Positions 13,664-25,025 of a DNA stretch of 64,000 nucleotides are shown here, piece after piece (position 1 is the stretch's first letter; each line of letters begins with the position of its first letter). A program made the position numbers and the translations under genes. The notes beneath the pieces were generated by a model. It was not told the DNA's origin, searched no databases, and worked only from the letters and a program-made list of their open reading frames with translations. The stretch is from Lytechinus pictus (lineage: Eukaryota): the NCBI RefSeq assembly GCF_037042905.1, contig NC_087263.1, positions 10,914,001 to 10,978,000 of the forward strand, in the 5' to 3' direction.

Positions 13664-13990
13664 GGGACCGTTTCATAAACATTATTGTCCGACAAGTTGT
13701 CAGGTCTGGTGGGTGTTTCATAAAGCTGTTCGTAAGTTAAGAGCGACTTTAAGAACGACTGGGGATCCTTTCTTATGGTAAATGGTATGCACCAAAATGT
13801 TCATTCATGATGATGGTTTCGCGCGCGAGAAATATTTACCAGTCGTTCTTAAAGTCACTCTTAACTTACGAACAGCTTTATCAAACGACTCCCTTACATC
13901 TTTCTTTGATTCTGATTGGCTTGGAAGCTCTGTTTCGACGATAGAACTAATCAGATACAACCTCCGACACGTACTTTCATGAAACGCCCC
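13664..13990. mobile_element. Harbinger-like MITE (4615 family, inverted) hosting a nested MITE
   Basis: gggaccgtttcataaac ... ttcatgaaacgcccc; after removing 13709-13892 it aligns to the reverse complement of 4615-4771. Confidence 0.7.
13709..13892. mobile_element. Nested Harbinger-like MITE
   Basis: Long inverted arms aaagctgttcgtaagttaagagcgactttaagaacgactgg / ccagtcgttcttaaagtcactcttaacttacgaacagcttt, inserted after CTG in the host. Confidence 0.8.
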
Positions 13991-14950
13991 CTTGCTAGAT
14001 CATTTTCCTTTTTTTTCTCAATATTCACATCACAATATTCGCCCCCCAAAATGCAGTTCGTCCAGGAATTTGTACTCTTCAATAAATATCGCTTGGCCAT
14101 CATTGTTTTGTTCTATATGAAAGCTTATATATGTCAAGAATGATAATACACACGAGTTTACCATGTCTACGGCAGGATATGTACTGTGTGCTAGAGCTCT
14201 TTAAGTTTAGTTCTCCTTTAACCTCATTTTCATGTAGAATCGAAGGCCCAGCATTTGATCATCTAGACGGTATAGATAATACTAATCCCTGTCCCATGTG
14301 AATATCAGCTCACCAGATTTAAAAAGTAAGGATAAGTATTCCTTAACAAACAGATAAATGCTATAAAGTTAAGCAGGCAATCCATACGTAGGGCGAAATG
14401 CTGGAGTATATATATTTTTAAGTGATTTTATTTCTTTGTCGGTGATTCGGGCGTGGGCTATTTTATTATCGGTATGTCATTAAGTCACATCCCAATCGAA
14501 TCGAATTTGGAATACTGCCCATTTCATGCTTCTTCATTGGCACAAATGTGACATTTAAGCTAAGGTACAAGGTGAACACATTTTGTAAGCTTTAACATTT
14601 CTTCATGATCATTTTCTTATCATTGTAAATACCATGGCAGTACGGATGCAATAGAATAAATTTCTTTTAAACTGCCGCATAATATACTCTTTGACCAAAT
14701 AAATGTAAACCGTTTGTGATTTTTTTTCATGCTAGATTTCCTTACATTAAATTGTCTAAATGCAACAAATTAAACCCAAAACGTGTAAGGGTATCGGTGC
14801 AGTCAACAAACTAATAAAGTAAAAAAAAGTAGAAAAACTAGTGTTTAGCGCAAAATTTACGTCCTCAAACATTTGCTGACACGATGTTTATTTGAACTTT
14901 ATTTTAATCATTTTTTTTTGCTCCCCTAACTCAACATAACCAGCCTAATA

Positions 14951-15199
14951 ACCGATCAAAACTATTACGAATTCCGAATGGTGTATCATTCGATTTTAAA
15001 TCGGTTTCGTTGGTAACCGACTCCATAACCGATGTAACCGATTCCAGGTCCGATCAAAGCTATCACTTATTTTGAATGGCGTATCGTCGTTCGATTGGAA
15101 TCGGTTTCGTTGGTAACCGACGCCATAACCGATTCCAGGTCCGATTGAAGCTATTACCGTATTTCGGATGGTGTATGATTTGGAATCGGTTTCGTTGTT
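14951..15199. repeat. Short tandem array, ~85-100 bp unit, about 2.7 copies
   Basis: atcggtttcgttg recurs at ~15000, ~15100 and ~15185; ccgattccaggtccgat occurs twice. Confidence 0.8.
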
Positions 15200-15490
15200 G
15201 GAGGTGCCGTGGCCGAATGGTCTGACACTCCTGTCTAAACGCGTGAAAGTCCGGGGTTCGATCCCCGGCGACTGCACCTGCACGTGAGCAAGGCATTTTA
15301 TCAACGATGCTCTTTTATCCTACATCCAAATGAATGGAAATGCTATTCTTGGTTACTACGTGTGTGCTGGCCAGAAAGAAAATGATCAGTCAATTAGCAG
15401 TCTTTTATGATAGTTGCCATGTGATATAGATTCATGCAAATCGTTTGACTAGGATGCATTATTCAAAAAGCTTCGTATTAACCTATTTAT
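15200..15490 (+). mobile_element. tRNA-derived SINE
   Basis: A-box TGGCCGAATGG and B-box GGTTCGATCCCC, followed by the SINE body motif tgagcaaggcattt and an AT-rich tail; 3' end approximate. Confidence 0.75.
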
Positions 15491-15515
15491 TTTTCACCAT
15501 CATTTTTCTTGACAG

Positions 15516-15624
15516 TTGTTGGGCAGGATACATGAAGACTTAAGGCAGAAGACAAACCAAGCAGCTGATCTAAGAGACTCAAATTCAAGAGGGTATGAAC
15601 AAGTGGATTTAAAACAACTTTCAG
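15516..15624 (+). CDS. SS1: Somatostatin/allatostatin-C-type (SS1) neuropeptide precursor, penultimate coding exon
   Basis: tttttcttgacag|...|gtaggt; open frame LLGRIHEDLRQKTNQAADLRDSNSRGYEQVDLKQLS, ending in phase 1 and splicing in frame to 20306. Confidence 0.88.
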
Positions 15625-15643
15625 GTAGGTAAACTTCTGCTGA

Positions 15644-18600
15644 TAGACCTAATGCGTGTGACGTCATATTTTCATAGCGCCCTCCCTCAGAGGATATAGG
15701 AATAAGCGCAAAAGGATTTGTCAGAGATGCGCTAGATGCAGATCACCAACGCATGCAAAGCAATGGCTTCAGTCTCTAAGATGGCGGCGCGACGATAGTC
15801 TGCAGGCACAGACCCTTGGTTTTCGCCATCCGCATAGTGCATAATGCAGAGTCTGAAGTAGTGAGACTACAGTGCCGGCCGCGGGAAACGTCACGCCCGA
15901 GCACGCAAACACCCTAGGGGGCTTTTGCGTCTAACCGAGGGTATTCAAGGGGAGCAGACGAGGGCGTTTTCCCGGGCCCGCAGTTTCCTGCGTGCTATAT
16001 AATATTGGCCGTGCCCGCATTTATCCTCGGGTGCCCTAGGGTACGTACATTGCATTATGTTTTTGTTGATTTTTTGGCCTGGCTCGGTCGATCCGATGGT
16101 ACATAGTGCTTTGTCGATTGTCCCGTATTTAATTTTGTGAAATCTGGTCACCCTGGCTGGAACATCGAATTTATTGTATTTCATCTAATCAATCAATCTA
16201 ATTTGATGCATTAGGTAAACTTTTTTCCTTACGCCTTACGTGGGAGGCATACGTGTATCATACAAACTTGTTTTAAAAAAAATAGGACACAATTGTGAGT
16301 TAATGTCATGGAGATCAATTCTCTATCTTTTGGGATATTTTTTCCATACGCACCCATTCCTCTCCCTTCAGCGTAAACAATACACCTAATCACATCTCCT
16401 TATTGTGAACAGTGTAAGAACTAGAAAACATTTGAAACATTCTTCCCTGAGTTTAACGGGGTGCACAGGGTGGAATCCGGAAAGAAGAAAGAAAGGGATA
16501 TCAACAAAAAAATAATTAAAATAGATAAAAGGCATTAATAAGCAGACTTGATTTTTTTGTAAATCAAAATTGACATGTTATTAACATAGTGAATGTTAAC
16601 AAACATTAATGACAAACTTGAAATAAAACAGAATTATGAATATCAAGGGCATTTGCGAATTCTCATTATGTTAAAACAAACGTGCGGTCAATATTGGGAT
16701 CGTCAATTCGTTGACATGGTTGATACAACCCTAATAAAGGGAATGAAAGGTGAAAACGAATACTAGTATGACCAAGATCATACAAAGTAGACGTGCAAAA
16801 AGCAAACACCAGCAAAACTGGTTGTGCTCATCGATTTTTTATTTGGTTCTTTTGTTATTGTCAACAGTCTGGTAGAGTCTTGCTCCCCGCCCACACATTT
16901 GATCTCCTTTGATCACATCCGCTTCCCAATTTATGACAGGATGTTCATAGAAACGAGGAGGGGGATTAATTTGTTGATACGCTAACAACAATAAATGAGG
17001 ATGTTCTTTTCATTTCGGTTCAAATCGGGTCTCTAAAACCCTCACCCTATAAAAAATGTAAATTTACCTAAATGCAATAGATGTAACAGATTTATCTTTT
17101 TGCTAAAACATCTGATTACATTACCTGCTCTCTATTGCGGTTTTTAAGTTACATTGGTAGATATTCGAATTGGGAAGAGATGAAAGTGGTGGAAATAATA
17201 AAGGAGAAGAAGGAAGAGGAGGATGAGAAAAATGAAAAGGGGTTGCAGCTTCATAGTGAGAACAACCACATATATTTCGCGCAATTTTATATAAAATTAT
17301 AGATGGGATTAAAACGAATATTAATATCCCTGATACACCTACATGATGATAATAACACGAATAATTGACGTCGAAGTAAAGATTAAACTATCATATTTAC
17401 GAACTGCGGTTTTATATTGTTAGATTTGTCGGACATCAATTAAAGTTATAAACATTGTTTATTAATTTTATTTCAGTAAAGCAAGATTTTCCTTCGAAAT
17501 ATATTTTGTTATATGAATTGGAAATGATAAAACCAAGTCACAACTTGGTATAATACAGAATTCAGTGTTATATGGTAGCTAAAAATAATAATACATGACA
17601 TTTGCAAAGCGCACTTTCCATCTTGATTGGATGCTCAATGCGCTCCAGAGCAAAGCAGCAAAAGCTATTTACATAATGTAATTATATTTAAAAAATTTTT
17701 AGCACATTTAGCTTCACTGTTTGAACACATACCCAAGTAAAAGTATGTTTTCGAAAGCTACTATGACGTCGTGTGTGGAATGGGTACTTAACGAGTTAAT
17801 TATCACTTGCCGACAAAACAAGAATGGAGCTATACAAACCATTCTTTTGTTAAGAGTTTTGGTGGGTGCTCACGCAAACGCTAACTATCAAATCTAACAA
17901 TTCTTTTCGGGGAACAACGGAATTAGTCAAACCAAGTTAAAGAATGAAAGCCCCGTCCCGGTTCACCTCTATATAGTCGAAAGTCCTTTTAATCATCACG
18001 TGTGAGCATTACTGAGTAAAACAAGTTTCATAACTAAGTACCGCAGAACTATATGGTATCCATATTACCATGAAACAATAAGCCCCCTCTATTTTCTCTT
18101 TCTCCCCTTTCCCCTTCTTTTCTTCGTTCCCTTCTGCTTCTCTCACTTTTTATATTTTCCTTCTCATTTTCCCTCCATCCCTTCCTATTTGCCTTTTTTA
18201 TAAATTTTTCTTTCTTGAATGAGCGGATGTTAATTCGGGACAAGTTTTTAATTGATGCAATGAGAGCAGGAAATTGTGAGCAAGGTGAGAGAAAATAATT
18301 ACAAGATTGAGCGTAAGAATGTTTAATACTTGTCATCAGTGTAAAAATGGGCAGATGCGAGTTACTAACGTATTTTCTGATATGAAAAACTGGACAATTT
18401 TATTATGTCTCCCTTCTGCCTTTCATTTAATATCCCCCTCCTTATCATTCTCTCTTTCTCATTCTGTCCTTCCTTTTCTTCCTTTGACTCTTCTCCCCTT
18501 CGATTTTCAATCTATTTTCTTTCTGTTTCACCTTGTATTTTGTTATCCCCTCTGTTTTCTTCTCGATTTTCACCTTTTCCTTATTTTTTTCTTTACCCCC

Positions 18601-19510
18601 TCTCCCTCTTTCTCCTCTTCGCCCCCCTATTTTCTCTTTCTCCCCTTTCCCCTTCTCTCACTTTTTTCTATTTCTCTTATGTCTTTCCTTATCGTCTTCA
18701 ATCCATCCCTTCATATTCGCCTTTTCTTTCATTTTTGGTTTTTTCTTCTTCTCCCTTTTATCTGCATCTCGTAGATCCGCGCCTGAAAGGCATGTCAGGG
18801 TATATAAAGAGGATGACCATGCAGGGAAACAATAGAGTAAATAGTTATAGGACGACCTCCGGAATGTAGGGTCAACATCGACAAATACCTGCTCCTTTGT
18901 CAGAAACTCATTTACAATCACGACTAACCATGTGAGTGAATGAAATAACGGACACCACGGAAAGAATATTGATATATAGGAAAGGACCCTCTATGCTGGT
19001 CCCAGTGTGTAATCGAACACAATAAGTAATTCGGTGAAAAAGCCTAAAATCACAGTTATCAACCCAAAACTTTGTAATTTTCATAACAGATTTTATCCAC
19101 GATAAATATTCGAAAACTTATGCTTGATATGAGATATAAATCACATGCAGTCTTGAATATGTCAAATCAGTCCTCTTCTTTCGACCAAGAATGCACGGCC
19201 GAACATCTTACAGAAACACCCTAGGATAGACGCGGGGTAGTCCCCTAGGGCACTCATGTCCTAGGGGAGCGGACGCGGGCGTCTTCCCTCGTCCGCTCCC
19301 CTCAAATGTCCGCTACGGGCTACCGCGTTCGCCCTAGGGGGCACTGTGACGTTTCCCGCGGCCGGCACTGTAGATTCACTATGTACTGTGGCTGCCACAT
19401 ACTGAGCCTTTGGCGTCTATAGTCTTTACTCTAAATCTGTTATTGGTTAAAGTGTCAAATATGAGTCTGTACTTGCACACTTGCGCGATGACGTCGATGC
19501 ATAAGGTCTA
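15644..19510. mobile_element. Academ-like MITE (TAG termini, 4-bp CTGA TSD) split by a nested 3.5 kb element
   Basis: ctga|tagacctaatgcgtgtgacgtca ... tgacgtcgatgcataaggtcta|ctga; about 365 bp once the insert is removed. Confidence 0.75.
15870..19370. mobile_element. 3.5 kb non-autonomous TA-TSD element (Tc1/mariner-like termini)
   Basis: Perfect 25-bp TIR CAGTGCCGGCCGCGGGAAACGTCAC at both ends, with TA on both flanks; GC-rich subterminal regions with repeated ccctaggg; no transposase ORF. Confidence 0.9.
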
Positions 19511-19633
19511 CTGATGTTACAGTATAAACATAATCGACCCAAAATCGAAGGGCGATATATCATTGGAAATAACACAATAGCTTTGATTCGTCTGAAGTCG
19601 GTTTCCTCTTGGTGTGACTGTCCCATTCATAAA

Positions 19634-19871
19634 CACTGCAAAAACCCTGGTGTTGATTTAACACCAGCCCGAAATCTATATATGTCCACACCAAGTATTG
19701 AAACAACACCAGTTTGGAATCAAACAGATGCTGTTTTAATACTAATTGGTGTTGTATAAACACCTATCTGGTGTTAGACAAAAACGAAACTGGTGTTGTT
19801 TAACACTTCTCCGGTGTGCACATATATAAATTCCGGGCTGTTGTTAAATCAACACCAGAGTTTTCGAAGTG
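19634..19871. mobile_element. MITE with CACTG TIRs
   Basis: cactgcaaaaaccctggtgttgatttaacaccagcccg ... cgggctgttgttaaatcaacaccagagttttcgaagtg; internally deleted copy at 23944-24071. Confidence 0.85.
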
Positions 19872-19913
19872 TACGTTCTAGGACAGATATGCAAATTGAT
19901 CTTTAAAAAAGCG

Positions 19914-20215
19914 TAATGATGATGTTAATGAAAATAGTGGTGGTGATAATGATGATAATAATGAATAAACTTATTAAAATAATAGTAATAATGCTAATTA
20001 TAACACGAAGAGGAAGAAGAAGAAGAAGAAGGAAGAGGAGGAGAAGGGAGAAGAAGAAGAAGAAGGAGGAGAAGGGAGAAGGAGAAGAAGAAGGAGGAGG
20101 AGAAGTCTAACAGAAGAAGAAGAAAAAGAAGAAGAAGAATGAGGAGGAGAAGGGAGAAAAAACGGGAAAAGAAGAAGCTGAAGAAGAAGAAAAAAAACCA
20201 AAAAAAACAAGAATG
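19914..20215. repeat. (ATG/AAT)n and (GAA/GAG)n low-complexity tract
   Basis: Direct reading. Confidence 0.9.
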
Positions 20216-20305
20216 AAAAATCGTCTAACATACATGGACCGGACAGCTTTTTGTCTTTTTCACATCATTGATTAATTGTGTATCCCATCTTTCTGTTCCA
20301 CACAG

Positions 20306-20415
20306 ATAACGGTGCCGGATTACAAGTACACGGAGTGCGGCAAACGAGAGGGAAATGTATGGGCAGGTTTGGGCCTTACATGCTTAACTGCAAAAGGAGC
20401 GGGCCAACGATTTAA
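20306..20415 (+). CDS. SS1: Somatostatin/allatostatin-C-type (SS1) neuropeptide precursor, last coding exon (predicted mature peptide GKCMGRFGPYMLNC at 20350-20391)
   Basis: ctttctgttccacacag| phase-1 acceptor; translates (D)NGAGLQVHGVRQTR-GKCMGRFGPYMLNC-KR-SGPTI*. RxxR and KR cleavage sites flank a two-cysteine peptide matching my recollection of echinoid SS1 and resembling starfish SS1 (KCIGRFQPFSMPC). Confidence 0.92.
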
Positions 20416-22891
20416 CAAAAATATTTATTTGGTAATCACCATTAAAATATCTATTGAAAAAGAAAGTTTTAAAAAATCACAAGAAAAACAAATATTTTCT
20501 TTCTCCCTTTAGTTATGTTCATTTTTTCATCCATTTGTATTTTTGGTCATATTTCTCAATTGGCTTATTCAGCAACTTGTATAAAAAGCAGATTTTTAAT
20601 ATTTACTTTCAATTCAAGCAATGAGTAGCTTATTAGGCTTTTACTAGGTCTGTAGTAGAGTATTGATTTGAACGACGGCGGGGGGGGGGGGGGTGCTGGG
20701 ATTTTTCTGGTTTTGTTCTTTCAGTCCAGTAAAATCCCGCCTAACTCGTGAAAATCATCCCACGCCACCTTTGCAGGGCATTAAAAACAATGTTTTTTGT
20801 TTGTTTTATATTTCATCAGGCATAAAAAAAATTATTTACTGAATATAATTTTACATTGATAGTAATTATACATGGTACGAACTAAGCATACATAAAATGT
20901 GTTTTAAGGGCAGAGTCCATCATATAACATCTAACGTATAAGTAAATTGTTTAACCAAAACATGGCTCGAAAATAAACATTCATAAAAACCAGAAGAAAA
21001 AAAATGAATAGTAAAAAAAATAAGATCATGCCTCTATTGCAAATTAAGATGAAGACATTATTTGCATCTTGAATAAAATAGAAAACATATTCATGCACCT
21101 CAATTATGAAGAGTACTTTGGAGAAATATAATTCACGGTATTTGGAGACAAATAAGTCCTTCATATACTTCTTGAGTTGTAAAATGTATTACAAATTCGT
21201 ATATTTAAAGTTAGTGAATTCCAAATTTAGGTCCTTTACATTTTATTAATTTGTGGGCTAGGCCACTTCTCGGAGTGAATAAATGAAAATCAAATGATTG
21301 CCTAGTTGGATGTCTATAAATGTCTACATTCAAAGTAAAGTAACCACAAAACGATAAAAGTAACTGATTTTTGGTTAAGCGATACATAAAAACTGCAATT
21401 GGCATTTCATGAATATAGTTTTTTTTCAGTGTTTTAAGTCAGAAAAATACAGGATCAGCATGGTCAAATGTCCAGTATATTAAAGGAAACTCTGGTTTTA
21501 TTTAACGTGAATAGGCCATGGCATGTACGTGTGCTACATTATAATAAGTACATATCAAATTTTGTTTCCCGACAACTGTTCGTAATTTATTTGATGGTGA
21601 AGTAAATATTGTAGTTTTTATATCATAGTTTTAGGGTAATTTTCATTGATAAATTGTACGTCGAATGTTTATGATTTGATGATATTTTTCGTTACCCAGA
21701 ACTAAAGTCGAGTTCGAAAAAATGAGCACAATGTAATTTTATTGCCAAAGTATGATATGATATGCCATACTTATGGATAATCATGATAATTTTGTTTTTA
21801 TTCCACTTGCCTCCTTGAACACCTTCTTATTCTGTCTCCATATTCGACCCGATCTAATTACACCAGATCCACCATTGCGTTTTAATTGATGCGGGTTTTT
21901 ATCCAAATGGAAAATTTACTCACGTATTTTAGCATTCTAAGTTCACTTTAGAGACGAAAACTTTCTCTTTTTAGATTGATTTCATATTGTTTTCTCCGCC
22001 AAATCACGTTTGTTATATTGATCAAAATAGTTTATAGGTATATCTGTCTATTTGTAAATGGTATACGATTTGCTTTAGTTCTGTAAAGATACAAGTATTT
22101 CATTTTACTTGCAAACCAACAACATGCAAAGAAAGAGTCCTCCTCTTCTATACATCTTTGGAATCTGGGAGGAATTGTTTATTATTGATTGCATGATGCA
22201 GATGCTATACATAGATCGTGTTGAATTTATTTTAAAGCTGGTGTGAGCTTGAAATAATCAACGCCCTCTGTCGTTTCTGTTAGCAAGCTGTCTGTAGACG
22301 TAATAGATCGAGCGAACAGGTGATCTAGGCCAGCGTCAGTTCAGCTTGGCGTTTCATATTCCGCTTGCTTGCCGTATTCATCATTCTCTTTTTTTTACAG
22401 TACGATTAACCACAAACTAGGTCGCGCCCCAGAATTGTAAATATTTCCGATTTTCCCCGAATAAGGCTTCGGGGAAGTTCGTCATCTTGCACCCCTTTTA
22501 AAGCATTGTAGTTGCACACACACACACTCAAACACAATTTTGCATCGTTTGAAATACATTTGTCTTTTATTGTAAGATTCAAGACTATTTCTATGATCAT
22601 TTTGATTGCATATTATTCACATTATATTATGATATATTTTTGTCTAATCTAATTTTTTTTTAATTTTCAACTAAATATTATTAAAACGTCACGAAGTCCA
22701 CATATAGTACTCTTATTGATATGTAAATATCAAAAAAAAATGTTTTAGTGTAGTATTACAGCGTTTTACATTCGGTATGGAATGATAATCCAAATCCAGT
22801 TAATCGGTGGTGGCACCAGGATGGTATTGCGGCATGGGAGAGGGGGTTACCCACCCCACCCCTCCGATTAACTCCTGATTTTACTGACCTT

Positions 22892-23279
22892 CACAGTAAA
22901 AAAAAATAGCACGTTGTTTAAACCTGTCACTCTAACAACAAGTTGTTTAAACTACTTTGTAATTGTTTAAACTGTTTAGACAACTTGTTTAAAAAAAGTT
23001 TAAACAATAGTTGTTACACTGTAAAAACTTTGGTGTTAAAACTGATACCATTTGGGGTTAATAGAGGACCACACCCTGAGGTGTTAAAATTACACACTAG
23101 AGATTGAACATAACACCAAAGAGTGTAAATGTAATAACCAAAGGTGTTGTATAACACCTATATGTGTTAAATTAACACTGTCAATCTAAAACCCGGTGTA
23201 AAATAACTGGTGTGGTCCTCTATGTACATCGGCTAACACCACATTTTTTTGCTGTGTAGAGTGACGGGCTTTTACAGTG
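22892..23279. mobile_element. CAC-type MITE (gtttaaac-rich) interrupted by a second MITE
   Basis: cacagtaaaa...gtcactctaacaac on the left; its mirror gttgtta/tagagtgac...ttttacagtg on the right is split by the insert. Confidence 0.75.
23017..23256. mobile_element. Nested MITE, same family as 953-1191, TA duplication
   Basis: gttgtta|cactgtaaaaactttggtgtt ... aacaccacatttttttgctgtg|tagagtgac. Confidence 0.85.
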
Positions 23280-23943
23280 TACACAATTCGTTGGGGCCGG
23301 AATGTTCTACTCAGACACAGCGCGTTTCGTCAAATCAATTTACGTCATCATCATTTTTCTCTATATTATGCCCCCCCATACGCATTTTGAACATCCTGAT
23401 GCCGCCTCTAGGTTTGAGCATTCTGACATTATATATCTGTATAAAAATATATATTAAAGATGGAAATCATTCTTAAAATACATGCGTTTTATTTTGAGTA
23501 TTGTTATAGCTTAAAGTGTCATTTTGGTGATGGGTACATTATCATTATTGTTATTATTATTATTGTTATTACCATTACACATGTTGTAATGATTTTATTC
23601 CTTTGATTGCAAAATCCTGCAAGATAACCAACCAACAAACATCGTACGAACAATTCCATACCATTAATTGCTATTGTGCTATAGTCACAAGCCATTCAAA
23701 TACTTTTACTAACACCGTACGATTTTCTACATAGCAATATTATTAACGGTATGAAATAGTTTGTACGGTGTTCATAAAGGCATCTGTGACCATAGCATAT
23801 TAAACTTTCCGTGCTTACGGTCTACAAACGGACTAGAGAACACTAAGTTCGTATGGCATTCTTGAAAAGTTCTAACGAAGTGGTCTAATAAATCGTTCGT
23901 ACGGCGTTTGTAGCAGTTCTTGTTGGTATTTGTGACCGAACTA

Positions 23944-24071
23944 CACTGCAAAAACTCGGTGTTGATCTAACACCAGTCTGGAATCTATATATGTCCACAC
24001 CAGAGATTCTCTGGTGTTGACATATATAGATTCAGGGCTGGTGTTGAATCAACACCAGAGTTTTTGCAGTG
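23944..24071. mobile_element. 128 bp hairpin MITE (deletion derivative of the 19634 family)
   Basis: ta|cactgcaaaaactc...gagtttttgcagtg|ta; the two arms meet at ccagagattctctgg with almost no spacer. Confidence 0.85.
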
Positions 24072-24129
24072 TATGAAGTGTGAATTAAAGTCGAGCTTAC
24101 TACCGACGTGAACATGACAAACGAGCAAC

Positions 24130-25025
24130 AGGAAGTTTTCGCAACCACTATACACAGACGCCTTTTGGAACGCAGGTAATCTATTGTCAGAAGCCCTTCT
24201 TGACTAAGCAGCCTTTGTCGAAAATCGGTGAATCAAAACAGCAGTGTCGTCCTGGATTCGGCATATTTTGTCGGCGGTCATCCGAATCGTCGTATCACAC
24301 ATACAACCGTGCGATGCAAACCCATTTCAGAGAAAATCGACTTCAAAGTTTACTATATTTTTCATACTTGGTTCCCCAGCCTTACTACATATTCATTGCT
24401 AGAAAAAGTACATGGTTGGAAAGACCAAGGCAATTGCTAAACATTGGTTTCTTTATTTTTACACAAACCTAAAGGATCCGAAAAAATATCGCAAAAGAGC
24501 AACATGCTTTTAATTTCGGTTTGAGCGGCTTAGATTTTCCCTGTACAAAAACGCCATAGGGAAAAGGCGATGCGACGTTTTGACTGACCGCGATTTCATT
24601 GCGCGTGGTCAGCCAAACCGTCGTATCGGCACTTGGCACTGTATTGACTTTGCACGTGAAAAGCGATACGATGGTTTGGCTGATCGCGCGCATTGAAATC
24701 GCGGTCAGTCAAAACGTCGCATCGCTCTGTTACCATGGTTACAGTACATGTTTCCAATAGGATTTGCGCATCGCCGTGTAAATCCTCTTATATCTCAGAA
24801 AACAAAATAACTTGCTGCCTAGAAATTTAGTTATGAACTAGAGTAGGACTTGTACTTTCATTCTATGCAAAAATCTCAAAATCGACGGATCCGAATCATC
24901 GGACGATCTGCTGTCATGTCCACCAACTTTTGGCAAAAAGCTTTCAGCTTTCCATTGTAATTTGACTTTTATTTTCAAAGGAATTGATGCGTGGAACAAG
25001 CCTCGACGTAGTGAGTGCGAACATT
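24130..25025. mobile_element. Long member of the fold-back family with a central GC-rich palindrome
   Basis: Left part matches 58555-58660; right part matches 7375-7496; boundaries approximate. Confidence 0.6.
24567..24725. repeat. Near-perfect inverted repeat, ~60 bp arms
   Basis: gcgatgcgacgttttgactgaccgcgatttca...cagccaaacc / ggtttggctg...tgaaatcgcggtcagtcaaaacgtcgcatcgc. Confidence 0.9.

Noticed and set aside
15203..15278. Functional tRNA gene
   Set aside because: The anticodon arm does not pair, the acceptor stem is out of register, and a SINE body motif (tgagcaaggca) follows.
1..15515. Signal-peptide exon of the SS1 precursor
   Set aside because: By eye I found no exon with Met, a hydrophobic stretch and a phase-0 donor. 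It probably lies upstream of the window, though I may have missed it.
18049..18774. Long Phe/Leu/Ser-rich ORFs resembling membrane proteins
   Set aside because: Artefacts of CT-rich low-complexity sequence that is open in several frames.
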